A DNA stretch of 56,746 bases from an uncultured Gammaproteobacteria bacterium. GTDB lineage: Bacteria; Patescibacteriota; Patescibacteriia; Patescibacteriales; UBA12465. Numbering within the stretch: position 1 is the stretch's first letter; each line of letters begins with the position of its first letter. A program made the translations under genes and the position numbers. This document shows, in pieces, positions 1 through 8,513 of this stretch. The notes below the pieces were generated by a model that ran no database searches, was not told the origin of the DNA, and worked only from the letters and a program-made list of their open reading frames with translations. The DNA is taken from the NCBI GenBank assembly GCA_964394905.1, contig CAYMZF010000001.1, positions 1 to 56,746 on the forward strand. The letters are read 5' to 3'.

Positions 1-61
1 TGCCTTGAGATAAAAAATTAGTGGCTATTCGTTCTTGTTCTATTCGTTCTTGTTCATTCAT
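1..61 (-). CDS. partial CDS (5' end only, continues past the left edge); product not identifiable
   Basis: ATG at 59-61 on the minus strand with GGAGG (rev-comp of 67-71) 5 nt upstream. Open to the window edge; reads MNEQERIEQERIATNFLSQG. Confidence 0.5.
   Translation of the reverse strand, partial: MNEQERIEQERIATNFLSQG
26..55 (-). repeat. perfect 15-nt tandem duplication (tattcgttcttgttc x2), in frame (EQERI x2)
   Basis: Read directly: 26-40 is identical to 41-55. Confidence 0.9.
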
Positions 62-99
62 GGTTTCCTCCTTTTTTTATTTTTTTTATTGTTAATTTT

Positions 100-924
100 C
101 TATTTATCTTTTTTATTATGACGATTAATATCCACTTCCACCACTACATCACTATCACCATCTTTTTCTCCTCTAAACAAAACATCAACCGATTGCTTTA
201 AAATATGCTGTCCTAAAACTTCACCCCGACGACCATCAACATTTACTTTAGCTCCGATTGGCGGTAATTTTTTAGCCATTTCTACATAACCTTCATATTC
301 ATGAGACAAACAACACATTAATTTTCCGCACATACCCGAAACTCGATCACTACCACGATGAACAACTTGTTGGGCTTCAGCCATTTCCGAAGTTATAGAT
401 GAAAAATCTTTAATATAACTGCGACAACATAAACAACGACCACAATGACTTAAATCACCCGTAGCTCGAGCTTCATCTCGACTACCGATTTGAGTTAAAC
501 GAATAATACCTTTAAAATGACCCGATAAATCTTTAACTAAATTTCTAAAATCAACTCGACTATCAGAATAAAAAGCAAAATTAATTCTATTTCTATCTAA
601 AGAAAATTGAACATCAATTAATTTCATCGGTAATTCATATTTTTCAACAATCTGTTGACAATAATTCAAAGCTTCTTTTTTTTCTTCTTCACTAATCATT
701 TTAGCTATGTCTTCATCTGTTGCTAAACGAATAATCGGTTTAATATTATTTTGTTCTTCAATTTCAATATCAGCTAAATTTTTAAAAGCAAAAACCTTTC
801 CGATTTCTTGACCGAATTCGGTTTCCACTATTACCATATCACCATTTTTTAGATCAGCTAAATCACCGGGAGTAAAATTATATTTTTTATCCCAAGGAGC
901 AAATTGTATTTGAACTATTTTCAT
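100..924 (-). CDS. PSP1-domain protein (YaaT/RicT-like)
   Basis: 274 aa. PSP1-type N-terminus plus Cys clusters HCGRCLCC and MCGKLMCC, as in the YaaT/RicT family. Confidence 0.8.
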   Translation of the reverse strand: MKIVQIQFAPWDKKYNFTPGDLADLKNGDMVIVETEFGQEIGKVFAFKNLADIEIEEQNNIKPIIRLATDEDIAKMISEEEKKEALNYCQQIVEKYELPMKLIDVQFSLDRNRINFAFYSDSRVDFRNLVKDLSGHFKGIIRLTQIGSRDEARATGDLSHCGRCLCCRSYIKDFSSITSEMAEAQQVVHRGSDRVSGMCGKLMCCLSHEYEGYVEMAKKLPPIGAKVNVDGRRGEVLGQHILKQSVDVLFRGEKDGDSDVVVEVDINRHNKKDK

Positions 925-938
925 CGTTTAAAATTTAA

Positions 939-1733
939 CTATAAAGCGAAGCGAACAAATTTAATAACATTTACTCCGCCTAAAATTTCTTTAACTGTTT
1001 TTTTATCATCCTTTATATATTCTTGATCCAATAGACAAACTTCAGAATAATATTTTTTAACTTTACCAACCATAATATTTTCAATAATATTTTCCGGTTT
1101 TCCTTCTTTAGCTAATTGTTCCCGATAAATTTCTTTTTCTTTGTCTAATTCTTCACTTAAAACCTCGGTACTATTTAAATATTTAGGACTGGCCGCAGCA
1201 ATATGCATGGCAATGTCGTTTGCCAATTCTTCTTGATTCTCTTGATCCAAGGCCACTAATACTCCAATTTTACCGCCTAAATGAGAATAACTAGCCACAG
1301 TCTGACCAACCACAGAAGCAATTTGACCTAATTCTATTTTTTCACCAATAACTCCACTTAAACCGCTAACTTGTTCTTCTACAGTAGAATCATTTAAAGT
1401 CATTTTTAATAAATCTTCCCGACTGGCCGGTTTATTGTTTTTAATAACTTCTAAAATATCATCAGCTAATTTTTGAAATTTTTCATTACGAGCAACAAAG
1501 TCTGTTTCAGATTTTAATTCTAACATATAGCCTTCGGTTTTATCATCATTGGTGCTTAATTTTACCAAACCTTCACTGGCATCACGTTCGCTTCTTTTAG
1601 CAGCTTTGGAAATACCTTTTTTTCTTAAAATTTCTATAGCTTTTTCAATATCGTTACCGGCTTCGTCTAAAGCTTTTTTACAATCAACCATACCGGCTCC
1701 AGTACGTTCACGTAATTCTTTTATTTGTTCCAT
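939..1733 (-). CDS. tsf: translation elongation factor Ts
   Basis: N-terminal IKELRERTGAGMVDCKKAL EF-Ts signature. Lies immediately downstream of rpsB, as in the conserved rpsB-tsf pair. Confidence 0.95.
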   Translation of the reverse strand: MEQIKELRERTGAGMVDCKKALDEAGNDIEKAIEILRKKGISKAAKRSERDASEGLVKLSTNDDKTEGYMLELKSETDFVARNEKFQKLADDILEVIKNNKPASREDLLKMTLNDSTVEEQVSGLSGVIGEKIELGQIASVVGQTVASYSHLGGKIGVLVALDQENQEELANDIAMHIAAASPKYLNSTEVLSEELDKEKEIYREQLAKEGKPENIIENIMVGKVKKYYSEVCLLDQEYIKDDKKTVKEILGGVNVIKFVRFAL

Positions 1734-1768
1734 ATATTTATTATTTTGTAAGTTTAATACAAAATTTA

Positions 1769-2461
1769 TTATTTTAAATTAATGTTTTTAACATTGATTA
1801 AATTATCTTTAATGCAAGTTAAAATTAAATCAACTGTTTTAGTGGCATCGTCATTAGCCGGAATCGGATAAGCGCAAACACTCGGATCAACATTGGTATC
1901 GCAAATGGCAATAATCGGAATATTTTTAGTTTGAGCTTCGGCTACAGCTGTCTTTTCTTCTTTTAAATCCCAGATAAAGATAGCATCCGGTAATTTAATT
2001 AAACCGACTAAACCACCAACTCGTTCTTCTAATCTTTTTATTTCACGATCAAAATCTAATTTTTCTTTTTTAGTATATTTATTTAATTTACCACTTTCTC
2101 GATCACTTAATAAATCTTGATATTTTTTGATTGATTTTTTAATAATTGAAAAATTAGTAACTAAACCGCCCAACCATTTTCCGGTTATATACGGTTGTTT
2201 AATTTCTTCGGCCATTTTTTTCATTGATTCTCTAACTTGTTTTTTAGTTCCGACAAAAAGAATGTTTTTGTCTTCTTTTATAAGTTTGGCCATAAACTCT
2301 AAAGCTTCAGTCAACTTGATTTGAGTTTTTTCTAAATTAATAATATAGATACCATTTTTTTTAGTAAAAATAAATGGTTCCATTTTTGGATGCCAACGAT
2401 TAGTACGATGACCGAAGTGAGCTCCGGATTTCATCATTTCTTCTAATTTTGGAATATTCAT
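1769..2461 (-). CDS. rpsB: 30S ribosomal protein S2
   Basis: MMKSGAHFGHRTNRWHPKM and DPSVCAYPIPANDD S2 motifs. Confidence 0.95.
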   Translation of the reverse strand: MNIPKLEEMMKSGAHFGHRTNRWHPKMEPFIFTKKNGIYIINLEKTQIKLTEALEFMAKLIKEDKNILFVGTKKQVRESMKKMAEEIKQPYITGKWLGGLVTNFSIIKKSIKKYQDLLSDRESGKLNKYTKKEKLDFDREIKRLEERVGGLVGLIKLPDAIFIWDLKEEKTAVAEAQTKNIPIIAICDTNVDPSVCAYPIPANDDATKTVDLILTCIKDNLINVKNINLK

Positions 2462-2476
2462 ATTTTTTTCTTTTAC

Positions 2477-2546
2477 CCCGCTAATTGCGGGCCTCTGCTT
2501 ACAAAATTTATATTTGTTTTAATATAAACAAGAAATTTGAGTAAGC
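2477..2546 (-). promoter_or_regulatory. two stem-loops in the rpsB 5' leader
   Basis: Interrupted 6+6+6 bp hairpin from gcttac to gtaagc (2497-2546), and a CCCGC/GCGGG hairpin (2477-2491) ending about 15 nt before the rpsB ATG. Confidence 0.35.
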
Positions 2547-2599
2547 ATGTTATTTTATTAATAAAAAGCCTAAATAATAATCTCATTTAAGCTCTTTCT

Positions 2600-2628
2600 A
2601 TATTACTTTATTCTTTTAAAAAAGTCAA
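2600..2628 (-). promoter_or_regulatory. sigma70-type promoter for rpsB-tsf
   Basis: Minus strand reads TTGACT (2623-2628), a 17-nt spacer, then TAATAT (2600-2605). This places the start about 130 nt upstream of rpsB. Confidence 0.55.
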
Positions 2629-2653
2629 TTATGTTTATACTAAACCAAATAAA

Positions 2654-3079
2654 CTAAATTTCACCAGGAACAGCCTGGTTTACTCCCGCACTTAGATCAC
2701 CAGAATTATCACCTAAACAAAAAGATAAGGTATAATTAGTATTATTAGTACCTGAAACTGTATAAACATACTCATTGTTTTCAACGGTACAATCACCATC
2801 GGGTTGATTAGGAGCTTCGGGAATAGTCGCCAAATAAATATCGGTTGACGAACTTAAATCACTAAGTACCGCCGGATAGTTTTGATTTTTATTATAATAC
2901 TTCTCTAAGGCCATTTGAATTTGAGAAATATCATTTACTCTTTTAACATCCCGCGATTTAGCTTTAGAATTTTGAACGGAATAAACTGTAACCGAAGTTA
3001 ATAATCCAATAATAAAAACAACCACTAAAAGTTCCACTAAAGTAAAGGCTAATTTAGTTTTTTTTAATTTATAGACCAT
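2654..3079 (-). CDS. type IV pilin / pseudopilin with N-terminal prepilin motif
   Basis: KKTKLA|FTLVELLVVVFIIGLL class III signal peptide with Glu5. I start at the internal ATG 3077-3079; the ORF-track start at 3154 would add 25 non-pilin residues and overlap the upstream gene. Confidence 0.8.
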   Translation of the reverse strand: MVYKLKKTKLAFTLVELLVVVFIIGLLTSVTVYSVQNSKAKSRDVKRVNDISQIQMALEKYYNKNQNYPAVLSDLSSSTDIYLATIPEAPNQPDGDCTVENNEYVYTVSGTNNTNYTLSFCLGDNSGDLSAGVNQAVPGEI

Positions 3080-3089
3080 ATTATAATAA

Positions 3090-4583
3090 TTAAGTTTGCC
3101 AAAAATTATTGACCATTTTATTAAAAGACGAAATATTATTATTATAAACATCAACCTTGGAATAATAATCGGATAATATTAAATTATATTCAGCCACTTT
3201 TGTATTATATTCACTTAAATTAGCATTGTAATTAACAACATCGCCTTGTTTAACATAATATTCTAACGATGATTTTAATTCATTTAATTCCGCACTTAAA
3301 GAATTTAAATTATCAAGGATTGTATCTAATTGACTTTTTTGTTGATTAATAATTGCTTGAAGTGATTTCATTTGATTAACACTACTGACATTTTCAGCCA
3401 TACCAAAATAATATCTACCGGAAGTTTTTTGATAAATCTTCACTTCGCCCCACGAAGATTGTTCAAAAATATTATTCCAATCAATGGTACTGGTAGCTTG
3501 ACCGGAAGATAAATCACTCGGAAAAATTCCAACAGGAAAATAATTGGTAGTTTCTATAAAACAATAACCGGAATTATAAGAAGACTCACCGGAACAAGCC
3601 ACCGCTACGGCCGAATGCTTAATATCGGGATAATCAAAAATTGCTCCGCCATAACCTAAATACCTAAGAATTGATAAAGCCAAAAACGATTTATCGGAAC
3701 AAATTCCCGAATTTTTATACAAAGTTTCATAAGGAAAATTTTGTAAACTAGTTTCATTTTTTGAAAAATCATAAGGTATATATTGAACTAAAGCCATAGT
3801 AAATTCCAAGAATTCATCATCGGAAAAACCTTCGGTCTGGGCTATTTTTTTTAAATTGCTTATTAAATCACTTATAGCTGTATCACCAGTCTTAGTTACT
3901 AAAAAAACACTATAATAACTATCTCTCAAGTCAGCCGGCGGATTATCGGAAGAATAACTGTAATACTTAGGAGAGTTTTTATAATTATTATACCAAGAAT
4001 CATAAAAAGTTTGATTTAAAAAATACTCTTTGTTGTTATACTTCCAAGTAAATTTAACAATTTTTTCTCCATAATTACTAACCGTTTCCGTGCTTGTATC
4101 AGAACTTATCGCACCGGAACCTATTACTCCGGTACTTATTTGATTTAAATTAGAATCGGTAATTCCCAAACCTAATTCTCGCATCACATTAAAAGCGTCA
4201 ATCGGCCGGCCCAAATAATAAAGTTTTAAATTATCGGGATTAACATAATAAGCTTGACCCTGAGCTTCAACTTGAAGCAAAATTCTTCCCGACAAATTAG
4301 ATCGAGCTCCGTTTTTTAAAAAAGTATTTAAATCGTTACTTTTAACACCCAAACCGAAAGATCGCATTACAGAAAAAGCGTCAGCCGGTCGACCTAAATA
4401 ATATTTTTTTAAATCCAAAGGGTTAACATAATAGGCTTGACCTTGCGCTTCAACCTGAATTAATATTTTACCGGCTACTTGACCGGCGACCGATGCCGCT
4501 TCAACTTTTTTAGTAACAGATAAAAAAGAAAAAAACGCTAACACCACTAAAAATATTTTTGTAAAAAATTTAAACCACTTCAT
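3090..4583 (-). CDS. secreted protein: signal peptide, 2x 61-aa repeat, transglutaminase-like Cys-protease core, C-terminal coiled coil
   Basis: Signal peptide ends ...KKVEA|AS. Repeats span residues 38-88 and 99-149. The SGIC(295)SDKSFLALSILRYLGY...KH(323)SAVAV...CFIE(344)TT spacing resembles a transglutaminase core. The last ~90 aa are heptad-like. Confidence 0.6.
   Translation of the reverse strand: MKWFKFFTKIFLVVLAFFSFLSVTKKVEAASVAGQVAGKILIQVEAQGQAYYVNPLDLKKYYLGRPADAFSVMRSFGLGVKSNDLNTFLKNGARSNLSGRILLQVEAQGQAYYVNPDNLKLYYLGRPIDAFNVMRELGLGITDSNLNQISTGVIGSGAISSDTSTETVSNYGEKIVKFTWKYNNKEYFLNQTFYDSWYNNYKNSPKYYSYSSDNPPADLRDSYYSVFLVTKTGDTAISDLISNLKKIAQTEGFSDDEFLEFTMALVQYIPYDFSKNETSLQNFPYETLYKNSGICSDKSFLALSILRYLGYGGAIFDYPDIKHSAVAVACSGESSYNSGYCFIETTNYFPVGIFPSDLSSGQATSTIDWNNIFEQSSWGEVKIYQKTSGRYYFGMAENVSSVNQMKSLQAIINQQKSQLDTILDNLNSLSAELNELKSSLEYYVKQGDVVNYNANLSEYNTKVAEYNLILSDYYSKVDVYNNNISSFNKMVNNFWQT
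4137..4472 (-). repeat. tandem duplication encoding two copies of a ~51-aa module (period 61 aa)
   Basis: G[KR]IL[IL]QVEAQGQAYYVNP..LK.YYLGRP.DAF.VMR..GLG occurs twice. The similarity is visible at DNA level (e.g. gggttaacataataggcttgacc vs ggattaacataataagcttgacc). Confidence 0.85.
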
Positions 4584-4953
4584 TGTTTTTTATTTTAATA
4601 TCCGGATTATGATTATAGGCCGGAATTACGATATCAAAATCACCTAATGATTTTATATTTTTTTTAGTAAAATTAACGGTTTCAATTTTAATACCCAAAG
4701 CATAAGCTAAAGCATTAGCCGTTAAAATTCCAATTCGAAGCGAAGTAAAACTATCCCCTTGATGAACCACTTTTATTTTTTTTATTGATTTTAAACTACA
4801 ATTGGCCAATTTCAATAATTTATCAATCGCCGGTAAAAGTTTTTCAGCTTGTTGACGACGAGCTAAAAATTTTTTTCTTTTAAAAACCAGCCCGTCTTTT
4901 TCCAGAATTAGTTCAATTTGATTATTGTCGGAAGTATTAATAATTAAAATCAT
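4570..4953 (-). CDS. tsaB: TsaB/YeaZ-like t6A biosynthesis protein, N-terminal half only (127 aa)
   Basis: ILIINTS...LLPAIDKLL...GDSFTSLRIGILTANALAYAL follows the YeaZ pattern (GPGSFTGLRIG...). About half the usual length. Confidence 0.65.
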   Translation of the reverse strand: MILIINTSDNNQIELILEKDGLVFKRKKFLARRQQAEKLLPAIDKLLKLANCSLKSIKKIKVVHQGDSFTSLRIGILTANALAYALGIKIETVNFTKKNIKSLGDFDIVIPAYNHNPDIKIKNNEVV

Positions 4954-5007
4954 AAAATTATATTACTATAAAAGTATAACATAATATAAACTTTTTAAAA
5001 AATATAA

Positions 5008-5967
5008 TTATTTTTTATTGAGAAATAATTTTAATATCTGGCTGATCTGTAAATAACTGTCGGCCGTCATTACTTTTGATCTGATATTTGAAGCTTCGGA
5101 AAAATCCTTTAAATACCAAGCCAAATGTCCTTTAAATTCCCCTAAACCAATTTGACCTTTATTTTTCTCTATTAATTTTAAATGTTTTAAAGCTATTTTT
5201 ATAGCCATTTTTTTTCGGTCCTCTTTGGATAAATTTTGATATTTATCGGAAAAAATCCAAGGTTGACTCAAAGCTCCTCGACCGATTCCGACTCCATCAA
5301 CTCCGGTTTTTTTTATAATTCTATCAATTTCATTCCAATTAGTTATACCGCCATTGGCCAAAATCACTCCGGAAAAATATTTTTTACTTTTTTTAATAAT
5401 CGCCAAATCAATCGGACCGGAAAATAATTGATTTAAAGTTCGACCGTGAATCATTATGGCCGATACCGGTAAATCAGAAATATTTTTTAAAAAATCAACT
5501 AAGTTTACGCCAAAAGCTTCCGTCCGAACTTTTATAGAAACCGGCAGTTTAGTGGTTTTAAGTACGACCGAGATAATTTCTCGACTTAAATTTAAATCAC
5601 TCATTAATTTGGCTCCAGCTCCCTGTTTTAAAACTTTTTTAACCGGACAACCGAAATTAATATCAAAACCATCCGGTTTTATTTTTTGTTCTATTATTTT
5701 TATCGCTTTTATAAAATGATCTTTATTTGAACCAAAAAGTTGAACGACATAAGGTCGTTCTTTTTTAAAAAATTTTAATAATTCTAAAGTTTTATCGGAA
5801 TTATAATATAAAGCTGAAACTGAAGCCATTTCACTATAGACGACATCGGCTCCGAATTCTTTGCATATTAAACGAAAAGCCGAATCTGTATATCCGGCCA
5901 AGGGAGCTAAGGCTAAAATACTTTTACCTTTTTTATTCTTTTGTAAATCTAACCAAAAATTATTCAT
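5008..5967 (-). CDS. dus: tRNA-dihydrouridine synthase
   Basis: LAPLAGYTDSAFRLICKEFGADVVYSEM, and NFGCPVKKV containing the catalytic Cys. Confidence 0.9.
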   Translation of the reverse strand: MNNFWLDLQKNKKGKSILALAPLAGYTDSAFRLICKEFGADVVYSEMASVSALYYNSDKTLELLKFFKKERPYVVQLFGSNKDHFIKAIKIIEQKIKPDGFDINFGCPVKKVLKQGAGAKLMSDLNLSREIISVVLKTTKLPVSIKVRTEAFGVNLVDFLKNISDLPVSAIMIHGRTLNQLFSGPIDLAIIKKSKKYFSGVILANGGITNWNEIDRIIKKTGVDGVGIGRGALSQPWIFSDKYQNLSKEDRKKMAIKIALKHLKLIEKNKGQIGLGEFKGHLAWYLKDFSEASNIRSKVMTADSYLQISQILKLFLNKK

Positions 5968-5972
5968 ATTTT

Positions 5973-7388
5973 TTATTCAATAACACTGCGACCATCCGGC
6001 AAATCTTTTATTTTATATCCTCTTTGTTCTAATTTTATTCTGGCCTCATCCGCTTTTATAAAATCTTTATTTTTTCTGGCTACCGCTCGATCATCCAATA
6101 ATTTAATCACATCAGCCGGTAGATTGTTATCAGAATTTTTATTGGCTATAACTGAAGAAAAATTTAAAGCCCAAACATTATCAAAATCTATAAGAGTGGC
6201 TAATTTATCTTTATCGGGTAAATCTGATTTTAATATTTCTGAAATTAAAGTTAATGACTTAGTGGTATTAAAATCATCCAATAAAGCTTCTAAAAATTTA
6301 TCTTTAAAAACAGAATCAACTTCTCCGATTATTGTTCCCAATTTTTCTATTTTATTATAAATACCGGTTAAACCTTTTTGTGATGCTTTTAAAGCTTCAA
6401 AAGTAAAATTCTGCTTAGAACGATAATGGGCCTGGAGATAAAAATAACGCAAAGCCATCGGAGAAAAACCTTTGTTTATAATATCTTGCAAACTGAATGA
6501 AGTACCTTGAGATTTTGACATTTTTTCATTATTAATCAAAAGATGTTCATTGTGTATCCAATAATCGGCTAATTTAACTCCACTAACCGCTTCACTCTGA
6601 GCGATTTCATTACTATGATGAATACTTACATGTTCAATTCCACCCATATGAATATCTATAGTATCACCCAACAATTTTCTAATCATCGCGGAACATTCTA
6701 TGTGCCAACCGGGAAAACCATCACCATTTTCAACTAACGGCGAAACAAAAGGCGATGGCCAAAATTGCAAAGCATTTTTATGAACACCGGCTTTAAAAAA
6801 CCAAACGGCAAAATCTTGCGGATTTTTCTTTTTAGGATCATCTACGGAAGCCCGACCGGCACCGATTTTATTTTTTTCCGGTTTGCGACCCGATAATTGA
6901 TTATAATTTTTAAACTTATCAACTTCAAAATAAACCGCCAAGTCGGTAACATAAGCATAACCCTTAGCGATTAATAATTGAACCATATCAATCATCTCAG
7001 AAATATTTTCTGTAGCCCGTGGTTTAAATTTCGGTTCCAAAATATTTAATTTTTTAGTGTCTTGTTCATAAATAGCAATAAATCTATCAACTACTGTTTC
7101 CGGTTTGATATTTTCTTTTTTGGCTGTCTTCTCTATTTTATCTTCTCCTTCATCGGCATCGGAAGTTAAGTGCCCGACATCAGTATAATTTCTAACCATT
7201 GAAACATTATAGTTTAAATACTTAAAAGTACGATGAACAATATCGGCACAAAAAGAACCTCTTAAATTTCCAATGTGTTGAGTAGAATAAACTGTCGGTC
7301 CGCAATAATAAAAAGAAAGATAACCGGGTTTAAGCGGTTTGAATTCTTCTTTCTTTTTAGTTAAGGTATTATACAATAATATTTTCAT
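5973..7388 (-). CDS. cysS: cysteine--tRNA ligase
   Basis: CGPTVY..HIGNLR (HIGH) and KMSKS motifs; 471 aa. Confidence 0.95.
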   Translation of the reverse strand: MKILLYNTLTKKKEEFKPLKPGYLSFYYCGPTVYSTQHIGNLRGSFCADIVHRTFKYLNYNVSMVRNYTDVGHLTSDADEGEDKIEKTAKKENIKPETVVDRFIAIYEQDTKKLNILEPKFKPRATENISEMIDMVQLLIAKGYAYVTDLAVYFEVDKFKNYNQLSGRKPEKNKIGAGRASVDDPKKKNPQDFAVWFFKAGVHKNALQFWPSPFVSPLVENGDGFPGWHIECSAMIRKLLGDTIDIHMGGIEHVSIHHSNEIAQSEAVSGVKLADYWIHNEHLLINNEKMSKSQGTSFSLQDIINKGFSPMALRYFYLQAHYRSKQNFTFEALKASQKGLTGIYNKIEKLGTIIGEVDSVFKDKFLEALLDDFNTTKSLTLISEILKSDLPDKDKLATLIDFDNVWALNFSSVIANKNSDNNLPADVIKLLDDRAVARKNKDFIKADEARIKLEQRGYKIKDLPDGRSVIE

Positions 7389-7392
7389 ATTT

Positions 7393-8505
7393 TTAGTAAT
7401 CGGATATTCTTTTCATTAATTGATTATAAAATTCTAAATTATTTAAACTGGCCCATTTTTGGCCTAAAGATTCATTGACTTTAAACAAATGATGTAAATA
7501 AGCCAAAGAATTACCGTTTAATTCTTTTAAATTTGACTTTGAGTTAATTGACTTAAAATTGTCAGCCAAAGATGACTTTTTAACGCTTATTTCTTGGTAA
7601 AAATTAGCCGATTTTAAGCTTTTTCCTCTAAATTGATATAATTTGCCATGACGGCCTTCCCGTGTCGGTATAACGCAATCAAACATGTTCCAGCCCATTT
7701 TGTAGCAACGACGAATGTCGTCCGGGGTTCCAATACCTAAAGCGAACTTAATTTTGTCGTCTGGAATGATTTTAGCAGTAAAATCCAAAATGTCAAATAA
7801 AAAGTTTCCTTTTTCATCAATCGGTCGAGCACCAAAACCATAGCCGGCAAATTCAACACTTTCATTTAAAAATTTGCTTCCACTTATTTTCATTAAACCG
7901 TCTAAACATTTTTTTCTAAGTTCTCGACTTAATCCGCCTTGAATTACGGCAATTAATTTCGGCCGATTATTTTTATTTAATTTTCTCTTTTTTATCTGTC
8001 TAATATACTCCTGATAACATCTTTCCGCCCAAGCGATAGTGCGATCAACCGACAAAGCTATTTTTTTTTCATCAAAACCATACGGTGTACAATCATCCAA
8101 GCAAACCATTAAATCAGTTCCCAAATCAAATTGAATTTGAATTGATTTTTCCGGAGTTATTTCGTGTTTAGATCCATCCACGGGAGATTTAAAAGTTGCT
8201 CCATGATCATCTATCTTCCCCATTTGACTATTTTTATGAATCAAGGAAAAAATTTGAAAACCGCCACTATCAGATAATAACGGTTTATCCCAATTAATAA
8301 ATTTATGAAGTCCACCGGCTTTTTTAATAACTTTGATTCCCGGTTGCAAATATAAATGAAAAGTATTAACTACCAAAGCCGATACACCCGTAGCTTTTAA
8401 ATCATCCTGGTCACACATTTTTATAAAACCCCTGGTCGCATCGGGCATAAAAATAGGATATTTTAAAACACCATGAGAAGTGACTATTGTTTTTTTCTTA
8501 TTCAT
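7393..8505 (-). CDS. tgt: tRNA-guanine transglycosylase family protein (divergent, Zn ligands absent)
   Basis: FMPDATRG, LLSDSGGFQ, LDDCTP, VIQGG and MFDCVIPTR motifs are present. SKSNLK stands where CxCxxC is expected, and NNL where HNL is expected. Confidence 0.8.
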   Translation of the reverse strand: MNKKKTIVTSHGVLKYPIFMPDATRGFIKMCDQDDLKATGVSALVVNTFHLYLQPGIKVIKKAGGLHKFINWDKPLLSDSGGFQIFSLIHKNSQMGKIDDHGATFKSPVDGSKHEITPEKSIQIQFDLGTDLMVCLDDCTPYGFDEKKIALSVDRTIAWAERCYQEYIRQIKKRKLNKNNRPKLIAVIQGGLSRELRKKCLDGLMKISGSKFLNESVEFAGYGFGARPIDEKGNFLFDILDFTAKIIPDDKIKFALGIGTPDDIRRCYKMGWNMFDCVIPTREGRHGKLYQFRGKSLKSANFYQEISVKKSSLADNFKSINSKSNLKELNGNSLAYLHHLFKVNESLGQKWASLNNLEFYNQLMKRISDY

Positions 8506-8513
8506 AAAATAAT

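Noticed and set aside
2473-2586. 37-codon ORF (MRLLFRLFINKITCLLKFLVYIKTNINFVSRGPQLAG) inside the rpsB leader.
   Set aside because: No Shine-Dalgarno sequence, and it coincides exactly with the paired leader hairpins. It is kept only as an alternative reading in the leader finding.
3080-3154. Longer N-termini offered by the ORF track for the pilin (3080-3154), DUF4012 (13254-13286), prfA (40701-40736), PfkB kinase (52837-52896) and proS (56534-56563).
   Set aside because: The extensions overlap upstream genes or a terminator, begin with non-ATG codons in some cases, and add residues absent from the conserved family N-termini. Internal ATGs give canonical starts.
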